This document shows, piece by piece, positions 36,409 through 49,163 of a DNA stretch of 64,000 bases. The notes under the pieces are model-generated. The model saw only the letters and a program-made list of their open reading frames with translations. It was not told the origin of the DNA and made no database searches. Origin of the DNA: Gracilinanus agilis (Eukaryota); contig NC_058131.1 in the NCBI RefSeq assembly GCF_016433145.1, forward strand, positions 556,490,736-556,554,735. The letters are read 5' to 3'. The position numbers were made by a program, and so were the translations under genes. Position 1 is the stretch's first letter; every line of letters starts with the position of its first letter.

Positions 36409-36950
36409 TGTCAGACCCACAGGGACCGCCTAGTTGGGGATCCTGAGGGGTAAGAATGAAGACAGACTCAGAAGGGCTGGGTGGTGACTTAGTTTATTGA
36501 TTTGGGGTGCATAATTTATAGGTAAATTGACCTAGGCTAAAGAATTAGGTGAGCCTTTTGCAGGATCAATGATTGGCAGTGATTTACAAGATGAAAACAA
36601 TGGATGTAGATTGCCTTAGTGGCCCTATGCAGTGTTTTCTACAGAATAATAAAGGACAGGTAACATATCAATGTATGACCCAACATTATATGTTCTTCTC
36701 ACAGAACTCATGTATTATTTTCTTGGCTGGACATCTAGCATTTGAGGAGGGGAAGAGCTGGCTATTCTCAAGCTGTGGAGCAGACTAAGTGCTCTGTGAT
36801 TTCTAGCTGATGGCTTTGTATGGGGCCTGCTCGCACTCCTAGGGGCTACATTGGCTCCTTTTTTATTTAAATTAAACAAATGAAGGCAAGGTAAGTAAGT
36901 GCATGGTTTGTATAGATTGTGTAAAGCTTAAAAGGCTAACTTCTAAACAT
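36409..36950 (-). mobile_element. Probable solo LTR; the right boundary is uncertain
   Basis: The minus-strand end reads AATAAActaagtc...gtgggtctgaCA (signal at 36493-36498), typical of an LTR R/U5 end. No TSD found. Confidence 0.45.
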
Positions 36951-36969
36951 CCCAATGCCCAACTCCTTC

Positions 36970-37880
36970 CTCATTTTCCTTCACCCTGAATATCCAATGA
37001 ATTGCCAAGTCTTTTTGATTTTGCCTAAACATTTTCTCTTGAATCTATCTCCTTCTCTACACATTACAGTAGCTTCCTAATTTTTTCCCCTCATAAGTCT
37101 CCCTCCTCTCCAACCCATTTTACATAATTGTTAAAGTGATTTCGTATCTGACTATGCCCTTCCCCTATTTAATAAATTTGTGGGGTTCCCTAATGCTCCT
37201 GGAATGAAATATAAATTTTCCTCTTTGGCATATAAAACCCTTTACAGTCTGACTTCAATCCAGGCATTTTATGCATTATTCCCCTTCATTCATCCTATGA
37301 ACTTGCCAAACTGGCGTTCTTGATGCTTTTTGGATGAGATATTTTATTTCCTTTCTATGTGACTGCACAGGCTGCCTTTCTCCATACCTGAATTCAGCCA
37401 ATCAACAATCATGCTAAGCCCCTACTGATGCTCTTAGTACTATGTCCTCTAAAGAATGGAATAATCCCTAAATTCTAATGGGGCAAGTAAATAGAGAAGT
37501 ATATTGAAAACTCATATATTCAAAAATGCAAAAGAATTAAATATTAAGTATTAATGGAGGGAGGGCACTGAAAGGCATCACCCTCCTTGTCTCTATTCAT
37601 TAGACTCTCTAGTGTCCTTCAAATTTAAACTCAAATACTACCTTTTACTTGATCTTTCTTAATGACCCCAACCTACCTCTTCCCACCCTGCAAATTCACT
37701 TTGTTCTTACTTGTATTGCACATGCTTATATATTTGCATTATATTTACACGTATTTCACTTCCTTACTCTGTCAGAATGCCAACTTCTTGAAGTCTGGTG
37801 CTATTTCACTTTTGTCTTTTTATCCCCAGCATTCAGTGCATACTACACACTTAAAACATAGTTGTTGGTTGATTGATATT
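36970..37880 (+). mobile_element. L2 LINE 3' fragments
   Basis: Pyrimidine-rich L2 body and tail ttttatccccagcattcagtgca...ttgttggttgattga. Confidence 0.65.
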
Positions 37881-38249
37881 TGGTAAAAGTCACCAATTCT
37901 ACAAGACCCTAAATAAAGCATTTTCTCAAATCTTATTTAAAGTCATTTTTGTAATGGTCACTCACAATTTATTTTTATATAACACAAAATCACCTGTCTT
38001 ATAATGTTTGTCTCAATGATCAGAACAGAAAAATAAGATAATTCCATTCTATTAATGAAACTTTTTTACAATTATCTATCCTTAATATCATATATCATAT
38101 ATATAATCTCATATAAAAAGATGAAAGAACCACCCCCCAATATTCAAATATGACCTCTGCAAAGCTAAAATAGGTAATACACAGACCATTTACTTTAAAC
38201 AACATGAACATTTCTCATAAGCCTTTATAGATCACCTAACTGGGAGGGC

Positions 38250-39080
38250 TCCCATTACTAGTAGATTCCCTTGAGAGCTGCATTCACTTAGAATATATCT
38301 CCCATCAAAGGAGTTTCTTTTACCACCAAACAAAGGAAGCATTCATTCAGATCACAAGATAGCTAATTTAACAACACAACTAAATAAATCACAAGAAAGT
38401 TTCCGACCCTTCCTTTACTGAGGCTGCACTATCAGGGGACATACAATGGGAACACGCGTGGCCAAGGAATATGCACAAAGAGGCACATCTGTAAGGAACC
38501 CATTGCCAGGTCAACTCATGCTCCAAAAGCAAAGTTTCCGCTGGAAACTTTCTCAACCTCAGCAACTGCCTATTTTCTAAGAAAAGGTGATGTTCTCCGG
38601 TGCTGTCATCTGCTAAGCTTCTCTTTGCTGCCATCTGCTGGTCTTTACCTTTGGAATGGATTCCCCTCTTTTAATCCATCGCCCCAGGAGCTATTCAGTT
38701 CTGTTTGAATTTAAGTGCCTAACCAGCTGCCCCAAACTGGTCTCTGCTATCTTTAAGATGCCCTCCTCTAGACACTTAATTAGCTTCAGGGCTTTTTGTT
38801 CCTTTTCTTTTCATTTCTTTTGTGATTCCAATAGAGTTGTTAAGTGCAAAATTCCCAATCCAGAAAGCCCTACCACTGAAATAGATCTGCTAATTGGTCA
38901 TTCCTGTGTCATTTGTTTTCCTGCTTCACATCTCTTCCAGCAGTAGTTCTCCAGGAAATTAGGTCCTCCTGGGGCAACTTTGCCATTTGCCAGACCCTAT
39001 CCTACCTCCCTCCACCTGCTGTAGCCAAGGTTGGGTCAGGACGATCTCCATCATCCCTCCATACCCCCATCAACCCAACT
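38250..39080. mobile_element. Possible ERV/LTR-derived sequence
   Basis: GC-elevated, LTR-like composition; ends and TSD not resolved. Confidence 0.3.
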
Positions 39081-42000
39081 TTCTGTATTAAATTTTTTCA
39101 AAATAATTTCAAAATTTTATTTTCAAAATATTAATTAATTGAAATTAATTAAAAATTATTTCAAAATTATTTCAAAAAATAATCTATTCCTTTTTGGAAC
39201 TTTCTATTCTATAAATGACTTGTTCTGTTTAGTGAATGAGTGAGTCAAAGTTATATAATCCAAAGTATTTAGCCAGCTACAAGGTATGCTTTACCTCTCT
39301 CCATAGCAATCCACCAAGAAACCAGACATCTGCCCTGCCGCCTTCTAAATTCTATCATTGGCACTTGAAAGGATGACATTTCACTGCTCTATGGTTCCAT
39401 TCACAATCCGTGTGCCTTCCCAGAACAAAATATTCTTTATTTTTCTCTTTCTCCCCTATGTAAATTGTCTCTCCCTGTTAGAAGACAAGCTTCATAAGCA
39501 CAGTGACTATCTCATTTTTGTATTTATTTCTCCACCCTCTAGTTTAGTGTCTGGAAAACAAGAGGTGCTTAGTAAGTGCTTTTCCATGCTTTTAATAAAT
39601 TTAGAAAGTTCCCTGAGTTCACTGAGGCGATGAAGGACTTAAGCATAATCACATAGTGAGTATATTACAGGCAAGACTTGAGCCCAAGATCTTCCTGACT
39701 CCAAAACCAATCTCTTATCTACTTTGCCAAATTGCTTCTGTACTTTGAGAAAATTATTTCCAGCATTTCTCATACTGCTTAGTCCCTAGTGTAGGACCTT
39801 GAAAAATCCCAGGAGTCTCACTTAGCAAAAAGGCAAAGTAGTTGGATGAAGATATGTTGAGAAGATCCCTTTTGATCCCTATGAGATCTCTATCTGTACA
39901 AATGGTCTCCAGGAAAAGATTGAAAAGGGTTTGCTGAAGCTGGAGTTGATCAACTTTGTCTTGCCTTCCCTCAACATCCAGTTGTTATACAGTAGAAAGA
40001 GGATGTTCTCTAGTGTAGGAAGATCTGGATTGAAATATCCTGCTAGCAAGGGTTTCTGTACTTGTGAAACCTTAGTTAAGCAACTTAACTTTCTTAGGTC
40101 TCAGTTCCCCCATCTGTAAAATGAGAGCTTTGTACTAGATTGTCTGCAATGTCCCTTTAGGCTCAACATCTTTGATCCTATATTGGAGTGTTTACTGGCT
40201 CAGGGAAGGGAGAGGGATGGTAAAGTATGAAAGTGGGAGTTTGGGAAGGAAGGAGAGAATTAGAACTCAAAACATTTTTAAATGAATGTTAAAAATTGTC
40301 CCTGTAATTGGGGGAGATAAAATATTATTTTTTAAAAATCTTTAATACTATACTTCCTACTTACTCTTCTTTTCATAAAAGGATGATGGAGAAGTTCAGG
40401 CAAAGGACTATAAGAATTGTAAATAGGAAGCAGTCCCTTTTGGCAGTGGATTGGGAGAGGGAAGATTAAAGAAGGCTTCATGGAAGAGAAGGCAGCTGTG
40501 CTTAGTTAGACTTAAAAGAAGAGAAGGATTTCCATAGCTAGTAATTATTTTCTGGGAATACTTCAATATGGATTTTCTGGTCTTACCTGTTAGAATCTAA
40601 GCTCCTTAAGAGTACAGATTGTGTTTGTGAATGTGCACGTGTATATATGTACATATATACACATACATGATTGTGTTTGTGTGTAAAAAGGTGTATATAT
40701 ATACATATATACATACCTGTGTAAGCATATATAAATGCATGCATGCATACATTAATACATCTATATAAAATGTTCTTTGAAGTGTGACATAAAACTCCAT
40801 TATTATTATGGTTCCCACCTACCTCTTTTACTGTTCTTTCTTTATCTGTGTCCTTTGCTGATTCGTTAGCCTCTTCCTGACTTCTTAGGATGGATGATCC
40901 TTAAAGTCTTATCCATAGATTCTTCCTGGAGCCTCTCTTCCTTTGTCCCTCTCCCTTCTTTCTTTCCATTCTCTCTCTTTCCTCTCTTCTCCCTTCCCTT
41001 TTATTGTCCTTCATTTTTATTTGTCTCTATTCCTTCTCTTTCCTGCTCCCTAAATCTTCTTCTTTCCTTTCTTCTCTTCCCCTTTCCTCCCTTTTTTCCC
41101 TCTTGTTATCTTCCCCTCCTCTTTCCTTTACTCCTTCATTCCTAAAGCACAGGTATATCCAAGTCTGTTCTGTGACACTTTGTTGTCTACAGTGGTGGTC
41201 TCCAAACTCATTTATTCCATCACTAACATTTTTAGCATCACCCCAACATGCTTATATTTACTCATTTGTAAGTTATATGTGCAAATTATTGTACTGATAA
41301 TTATATACATTATAAATTTTATACAAAATATGTTTTAAATACTGAGATAAAGATGAAATATTGTCTGATGGTAGAGTTAATGGAGAACCACTGGAGTTTA
41401 CCAAATATGGGAATGATATGATCAGATCTAAACTTAAGGAGAATCATTTTGGCAGGTATATGGAAGATAGATTGAGGAAAGGTGAGATGTGAAACAGGAA
41501 GACCACCAACTAAGAAGCTATTGTAATAGTCTAGGATAGAGGTGATGAGGTTTTAAACTAGCTGACTATTCTGAGGTTTTCATGTCCCTCCTAAGGGTTG
41601 CAAACCACAAACAAAATCATGCATCTATTGCTAGGGAACAAAAAACAAATATCTATTTTGATTATGGAAGTAACTGCAGTAACTAGTAAAAGAATTTTTA
41701 CTTCATTAAAAAAACAAACAACAGCTTCTGGATGAAAAGCAATATGAACCCCAAGTTAACCCAAAATCTATATTTAAGCTTCCTGACCGGGGCATTTGGA
41801 GATGAATAGTGAAGAGCTTTTCAAATACTGAAGACCACATCAAGATTGTAAGTGTGATAACTGTGAGCTTGCAACCTTATGGGAGGCAATGCACTGGGGA
41901 AAATGGTGACTAGTGTGGAGATGTACCCTTTCTTATGATCCAGCTGTGCACCAGTGAGTCTGGCTGGGCTTTGGGTTCTTGTCCATACAGGGGTGATGCT

Positions 42001-45000
42001 AGCAATCTCAACAGTCTGGAAAGACCACCACAGCCTGCCCCTAGATCATTTACTAAACCAAATAAACTAAGATATTATACTTCATGCTCATAATGGACAC
42101 TTGTTAATTAGTAGTCATATACCTAACAACTTTCTGCTTTTTCTACTCCCAGAAGAACACATGAAGAGGCCAGAAGTCCTGAGGGAAACTAAAAGGCACA
42201 GAAGTAGCATTCAATCTGGCCCCTTTCCATGACCAAAGCTTTAGGATCTCATTGAAGAAAATCCCAAGGGTATCTTCTTTGAGAATAATAAAGGAAAGTC
42301 AGAATGTTGAATGAACCATGTGGTTGGGTCTCTGGGAAAACTGGAGGAAGGAGAAGGCAAAGGTGGAGTAGAAATAAGTTTTCTTGGCAGATAGAAAGGT
42401 GACTACCAAAGAAGGAGGGAAGCATCAGCCCTATACCTCTTCTGAGAATAAACAGAAATAGTTGGTCTCTGGGGCCACGGTGCTGGCAATAAGGTGGGAA
42501 AAATATCTACTCAGATTGGTCTGAAATGGTTTGATCAAAAAGCATTCAACCCTACTGAAACAAATGAAATTAAAACTTGACACTTTCTTCCTGCTCAGTT
42601 TCTACCACTGTCAAGTGGGCTCATATCCTCCAATTTTCTTTCTGTTTAGAATTGTAAGTGTCTAATCCTGGGGAGGGAAGGAGATAAATCTTTTTCAAAT
42701 AATGAGATTGAGAGAAATGATCCTGTTATGGGGATTTTAAGCCTTGATACATGGAAAGGTTTATCAGGAAACAACAAAATGTGAACAGAAGGAAGATTTG
42801 ATCATCTGTAAAATGAAAGTATTAACCCAAATGATCTCTAATGTTCCTCCAATGTTCCAAAGGCATTGAGTCTTTGACTAGGATTTGTCTACATAAGATC
42901 ACTATCCAATAAACACAATTACTGAATTTGATTCAATAATCATAACTGGATTTATATTAAAATGTATAACATACAAAGAAAGTTCCATTCTCTATTGTGT
43001 TTGATCCTCCTGTGACAGTAGTTTTGCAGATAAAGAAAATGAAGTGCAATTAGTGACAGAGCTGGGACTTGAATGCAAATCCTAACTTAGTGTTCAATAA
43101 TCTTTCCAATAATTTAGCTCATTAAGCTCTAGCCTAGTGTCTCTCTTCAAACTGAGAAGAGGGTTTTCTAAAAAAGGGGAAGACACATTAAAATGTATAG
43201 ATTTGGTGTTAGGTAAATCAAAGAAACTGAAGAAAAATACATTAAAAACGTTATTTGGTGTTATGAATAAAGGAAGTTTGATAGAAATGGAGTCAGAGAA
43301 CTTTGGTTCAAATCCTGACTTTCACTAAGTAGTTGTATGACTTTGGGGATATCACTAAGACTCTCATCCTCAGTTTCTCCCCTATAATGTAAGGGGGGGC
43401 ACAGTGAGTAGAATAGATGGCTTCCAAAGTCCCTTCTAGAGCTAATTCTATGTTCTTATTAGGTAATGACCCAAGAGACTTGACTTAGACTAGAGTCTTA
43501 CTTCTACCACTAATTAGCTATGTGACTTTGGGCAAGAATTTAACCTCTTGAGCCTTAGTTGGCAACTGTAAAATGAATAAATGTGGTTGAATTGATTTGA
43601 CTTGAATTGGATAAACTTGAAATTAACTGAATTAAATTGAAGGTGCTAGATACTTGCTAGTGCAATAATTTTAATCTATGAAAAGAAAAGGAGATTGATG
43701 GCAAAAAGCAATCAAAGAGAAAAACTAAGAGAGATGTGGGAGAAAGAGAAAAGGAGAAAACAAGAGACACATACTCAAAAGACCATGACCCAACAAAGAA
43801 AAACAATAAGACCTGAGAAAGAAGTTGAACTGATTTTTCTTATTTCTGGGAATAAAGCATTTTCTTATGTTAATTTAATTAATCTTATCCTGTAAAATCT
43901 TTGTAGTTCCATGGAAAAGCCACTTAATTTTATAACAGAGAACCTAGATTTGAATACCTCCTTTGCTCCTTACTAACTGAATGACATTGGGTAAGTCTCT
44001 TCATTTCTCCAAGGCTTAGTTTCCTCGCAAGTAAAATAATGATCATGAAAACACACATATTTAAATGTGGAAGTTCTAATGACTTTAGAAGTCATAAAGT
44101 CCAAACCCTTCATTTTACATATGAGGAAACTGAGACCCAGAGAGGGTGTTACTAGCCCAGTGTCACGGAACTAATAAATATCCAAGATGAAATTGGAACC
44201 CAGATCTCTCAATGCTAAGATCCCATAAGAATACAAAATTGCTCTATCGTACAGATGGGGATACTGAGATGCCTAAGAACATTAGAGGCAGTGATAGAAC
44301 ATATTAGCCTATGATTCTCTAGATTCTGTATGTTTCATGTACCTGCATTGCTTTTCTGCTCCTGACTTCCACAAGGACCTTTTACAGAGGGGCAGCAGCA
44401 CAAGGAAGCTGTTAGGCTAGAAAAGAAAGACTGAGAAGCAAACCTTGATAGTCTTACCCAATTCTCTGGGATTATTATGGAATGAACAGGTACCTCAGTG
44501 GTACCCAGACTCAATCATATGTAATTGGCTTAGAGCCAGACAGAAGAGATATTCCCCTAATAAAAGGAATAATTACATGGGAAGGATGAGATATCCTGAT
44601 AATATGCACTTTTATGGTCTTTAAAACCCTTTTAATGCCCAAATACATTGAGTCTATTATCAGTCATAATTCTGCCTGAAATTTAGGGAAGGAGCACAGA
44701 TTGGCTGAGTTAAGGGTAACAGTTAGTCTGGTGAATTGAAGGAATTATCAAGCAATAACATCTATCCCTTTTGGTCTCATTCTCATCACTCTCACATAGC
44801 TACTACTAGCAGTATTAGTTTAGAATCAGCTCATCAGGAACTCTGACAATTTGCCTTCTCTACAGATTTCAAGTTCTCCTTGGCCCTCCAGTAAACTTCT
44901 GGATCTATCTTGCTATCATCTAAGAATTCTACACAGCCACTAATAAAAACACATCCAACCCTTTGCCTGAAAGATCCAGCAGTCCCTCTACATATCAAGA

Positions 45001-45360
45001 GAGCAACAACATTTCTCCCACCTATTGATGGCTGGGAAGGTCCTGGAGAAGCTGTGGGCTGTGGGGAAGGCAGAGTGGACACTCAGCCTTCCCCATCTGC
45101 AGCAGAGAATTGTTATTCCCTGTAGCTTAATATATAGAAACTTCTGCTCCAGAATAATAATGAGCTAGCTAATATTGGTTGTTACCAAGAAAGTTTATTC
45201 TTTGGGGATCTGGAACCAGTCAGGTAGGAATCTCATACCCCAAGGAATAATTTAGGAAGTTGATCTATGCTTCCTATAGCATAACTTCAGAGTCCTAGAA
45301 CACGGGAAGACTATGGCAATAATTTTTTAAAAGGCAGGAAGCAATTGAGGGAGAACTTGT

Positions 45361-46230
45361 TCAACTATTGCCCAATTGATGGTCATCCCTTAGATGTCCA
45401 ATTATTTTGCCAAAAACAAAAACTTTTGCACATTTTGGCATTTCCCCTTTTCTTTTATCTCTTTGACATACAGATATAGTATTGAGTGGTGGTACTGAGT
45501 CAAAGGGTGCAGACAATTTTATAGCCCTTTGTGCATGGTTCCAAATTGTTTTCCAGAATAGCTCATGACTCCACCAACAGCACATTAGTATCCCACTTTC
45601 TCCACATCCCCTCCAGCATTTGTAATTTTCCTTTTTTTATTATGTTTGCAATATGATAGATGAAAAGTGGTAACTCAGAGTTGTTTTAATTTATATTTCT
45701 ATATAAGTAGTGATTTAGAGCATTTTTATGTGTCTATTGATAGTTTTGAATTGCCTTTCATATCCTTTGAGCATTCATCCACTGAGGTATGGCTCTTATT
45801 TTCATAAATTTAGATCAGTATCCTATAAATTTGAGAAATAATGTTTTCACCAGAAGAAATGCTGCAAAAATGTTTTCCCAGGTTCCCTGTTTCCTTCTAA
45901 AATTTGATTGCATTGGTTTTGTTAATGCGAAAGCTTTTTAATTTTATGTAATCAAAATATCTATTTTGCTTTCTATAATCCTTCTACTCTCTTGTTTGGC
46001 CAGAAACTCTTCTGTTATTCACAAATTGGACAGAAAAATTTCTATACTTCCCCAATTTATTTATAAAATTACCTTTTATGTCTAAACCATTTATCCATTT
46101 TGATCTTATCTTGGTATGTGGTGTGAGATGCTGGTGTATGCCTAGTTTCTGTCAAAATATTTTCCAGTTTTCCCAGCAATTTTTGTTAAATGTTGAATTA
46201 TTGCCACCATTTGATTTCTATAGTAATTCG
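45361..46230 (-). mobile_element. Old L1 ORF2 C-terminal fragment
   Basis: Minus-strand translation CWWSHELFWKTIWNHAQRAIKLSAPFD matches the L1 ORF2 C-terminus seen at 49723-50115. Confidence 0.8.
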
Positions 46231-46269
46231 CTTCTGTGTATTTTTTCTCTAATCCACTGATTCAACCCA

Positions 46270-49050
46270 ATTCTTCATTTTAAAAATATTTATCTTATAT
46301 TTTGTTACATTTGACATCCAAGCTATTTCCTTCCTTCCCTCTCAACCCTGAACTAAAGAAGACTAATATTTGATACAGATATTTTTTATGTATATGAAAT
46401 TATACTACACATGCTTCCATATATCAGTTCTTTCTTTCAAGATGAATAGCATCTTCCTTCTTAGATTCTTTGTAGTTGATTTGAATATTCATATAATTCA
46501 GAATAGTTTAGTCATTCACATTTACTCTTCAAATAATATTGTTGGGACTGTATAAAACATTCACTTGGTTCTACTCACTTCACTCCTCATTATTTCAGGC
46601 AACTCTTTCCATGTTTTTCTAAAACCAATCTGCTCATTTCGTATTTTATATTAGTATTCCATCACAATTTTATATACCATAACTTATTTAGATATTCCTA
46701 ATTGATGGCTGTCTCTCATGTTTGCCTCTTCTTTGCCACCACAAAGAGACCTACTATAAATATTTTAGAGCATATAGATTCTTTTCCTTTTTCCTTAATC
46801 ACTTTGGAAAACAGACCCAATAGTGGTATTCCTGAGTCAAATGGTATACTTAATTTTATAATATTTGGGGCAGAATTCCAGACTTCTCTCCAAAATAATT
46901 GGATCCATTCACAATTCCACTAAAAATGTATCAGTGGACCAATTTTTCCATATTCTCTCCAACATTTCTGGTCCATTTTTTATCATTTTAGCCAATCTGA
47001 TAGGTGTAAGATGGTATCTCAAAGTTCTTTTAATTTGCATTTCTGTAATCAATGTTGATTTAGAACATTTTTTTCATATCAAAATATATGTAGCTTTAAT
47101 TTCTTCATCGAAAAGCTGCTTTTACATAATCTCTGATCATTTATCAATCGGGGAGTGACCAATTCTCTTAAATTTAAGAAAGTTCTCTATGTATTTGAGA
47201 CATGAGATTATCTGAAAAACTCTATAAAATTTTCCCCAAATTTTCTGCTTTCCTTTGAATTTTCTAGCTTCCTTTTTATATTTATAAAAACTTGTTAATT
47301 TAATGTAATAAAATTATTCATTTTACATCTCACCATGCTCCCTACGTCTTACTTATTCATAAATTCTTCTATCCATAAATCTTTTTTCCCTTTTTTAAAA
47401 TTTTGAATATTTTCCATGGTTACATGATTCATGATCTGCCCCTCTCCACCACCTGCTCTTTCCTCCTGAAGCTGACAAGCAATTCCACTGAGTTATACAT
47501 GTATCATTGTTCAAAATCTATTTCCATGTTATTCATATTTGCAGTAAGAGTACATCAAAACCTTAATCCCATCCCTATCACACTATGTGATCATTCATAT
47601 ATTTTTCTAATGCATTTCTGGTTCTACAGTTCTTTCTCTGGATATGGATAGTGTTCTTTCTCACAAGTTCCTCGGGATTGTCCTAGGTCATTGCATTGCT
47701 ACTAGTAGAGAAATCCGTTACATTTGATTGTGCCACAATGTTTCGTTTTCTGTTTACAATGTTCTCCTGGTTCTGTTCCTTTCGCGCTGCATCAATTTCT
47801 AGAGGTCTTTCTAGTTCGCATGGAATTCCTCCAGTTCTTTATTCTCTTCAGCAATAATATTCAAAAATATTCCATTACCAATATATACCACAATTTGTTG
47901 AGCCATTCCCCAATCGAAGGGTATCCCCTCATTTTCCAATGTTTTGCCACCACAAAGAGCACAGCTAAAAATATTTTTGAACAAGTCTTTATCCTTATTA
48001 TCATTTGGGGGTACAAACCCAGCATTCTATTCATAAATCTTGAAGATAATATGTTTCCTGTTCTTCTAATTATGATATCTCCCTTTATGACTCTATATCT
48101 TATCCCACACTTTGGGTGAAGGCTCTCAATGTTAAAGCTGCATCTGACATAGCTGTTCCCAGGGCTTATTTTTTGTTGACTGAACTGTTTCTACCTGAGT
48201 ATCAATCAGGCCAGATCATTATTTTAAGTGGTTAAATCTTTCCCAATGTCCTCCAATGTTGTCTTAGGCTTCATGGTTGTTCTACTCCAAGTATTAATTA
48301 TTTCAGTATCTCTACAATTCACTTTGAGTCATTATTTTAAGGCATTTATGGAGGAATTTCTTGAGGAGAGCTATGAACTGTGCTGCCTTATTCTGCAATT
48401 TTCCTTCAGTCCACTTCTCTATTTCTTAGCCAATACTGTTTTGTTTTGATGATTATCACTTTGCAATAAAGTTTGAAATCTTTTTTTCACCAATTCCCTT
48501 AATGTTATTGACTATTCGTCTTTTTAGATGAATTTTGTTGTTTTTTTTCTAGTTTTATAAACTAATTTTTGGTAGATTGATAAGTATGGCACCATATATA
48601 TAAATTAACTTATGTAAAATTATCATCTTATTATATTGACTTTGCCTAACATGAGTAATTAATATTTCTCAAATTATTTAGAATCATATTTATTGGTGTA
48701 AAAAGTATTTTGTAACTGTATTCACATAATCTATAGATTTATCTTTGCAGGTAAGCTCCCAAAAATTTTTTAATGTCTGCAGTTACTTAATTGGAATTTA
48801 TCTCTTACTGCTGGGCTTTGTTGGTAGTTAGAAATGCTGAAAATTTATATAGGTTTATTTTATATCCTGCAAATTTGCTGAAGTTGTTGATTTTTCAACT
48901 ACTTTTTAATTATTTCTCTAGGGTTTTTCAAATAAACCCTTCTATTGTCCACAGAGCTATATCTTATTATAAATGCTAGTTATAGCAATAAGACAAAGAT
49001 TAAAAATTGAAGGCATTAGAATAGGCAATGAGGAAACGAAACTATTACTC
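46270..49050 (-). mobile_element. Old 5'-inverted L1, interrupted by a younger L1 (47384-48024) and an L1 5'UTR piece (about 48110-48410)
   Basis: 3'UTR and ORF2 on minus from about 46270 to 48940; short inverted RT segment on plus at 48973-49050. Confidence 0.7.
47384..48024 (-). mobile_element. Short 5'-truncated L1_Mdo-type insertion (about 640 bp) with 17-bp TSD
   Basis: Closely resembles 49190-49810; TSD ttctatccataaatctt (47367-47383) / ttctattcataaatctt (48025-48041). Confidence 0.85.
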
Positions 49051-49163
49051 AGCCAACAAAAGGATAGTTTATTTGGAAAGAATTCAAGTTTATACCTCTA
49101 AGAGATAATGTTTGCTCTTGGTCTTAGATATTATTTATTTTATGAAAGGTCCAACTGATTCTT

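Noticed and set aside
39100-39185. AT-rich ttcaaaa repeats with a local palindrome; similar short duplications at about 21660-21720 and 25900-25950
   Set aside because: Typical slippage products in AT-rich DNA with no sign of function.
41200-41345. Possible hAT terminus cagtggtggtctccaaact
   Set aside because: No matching second TIR or TSD found.
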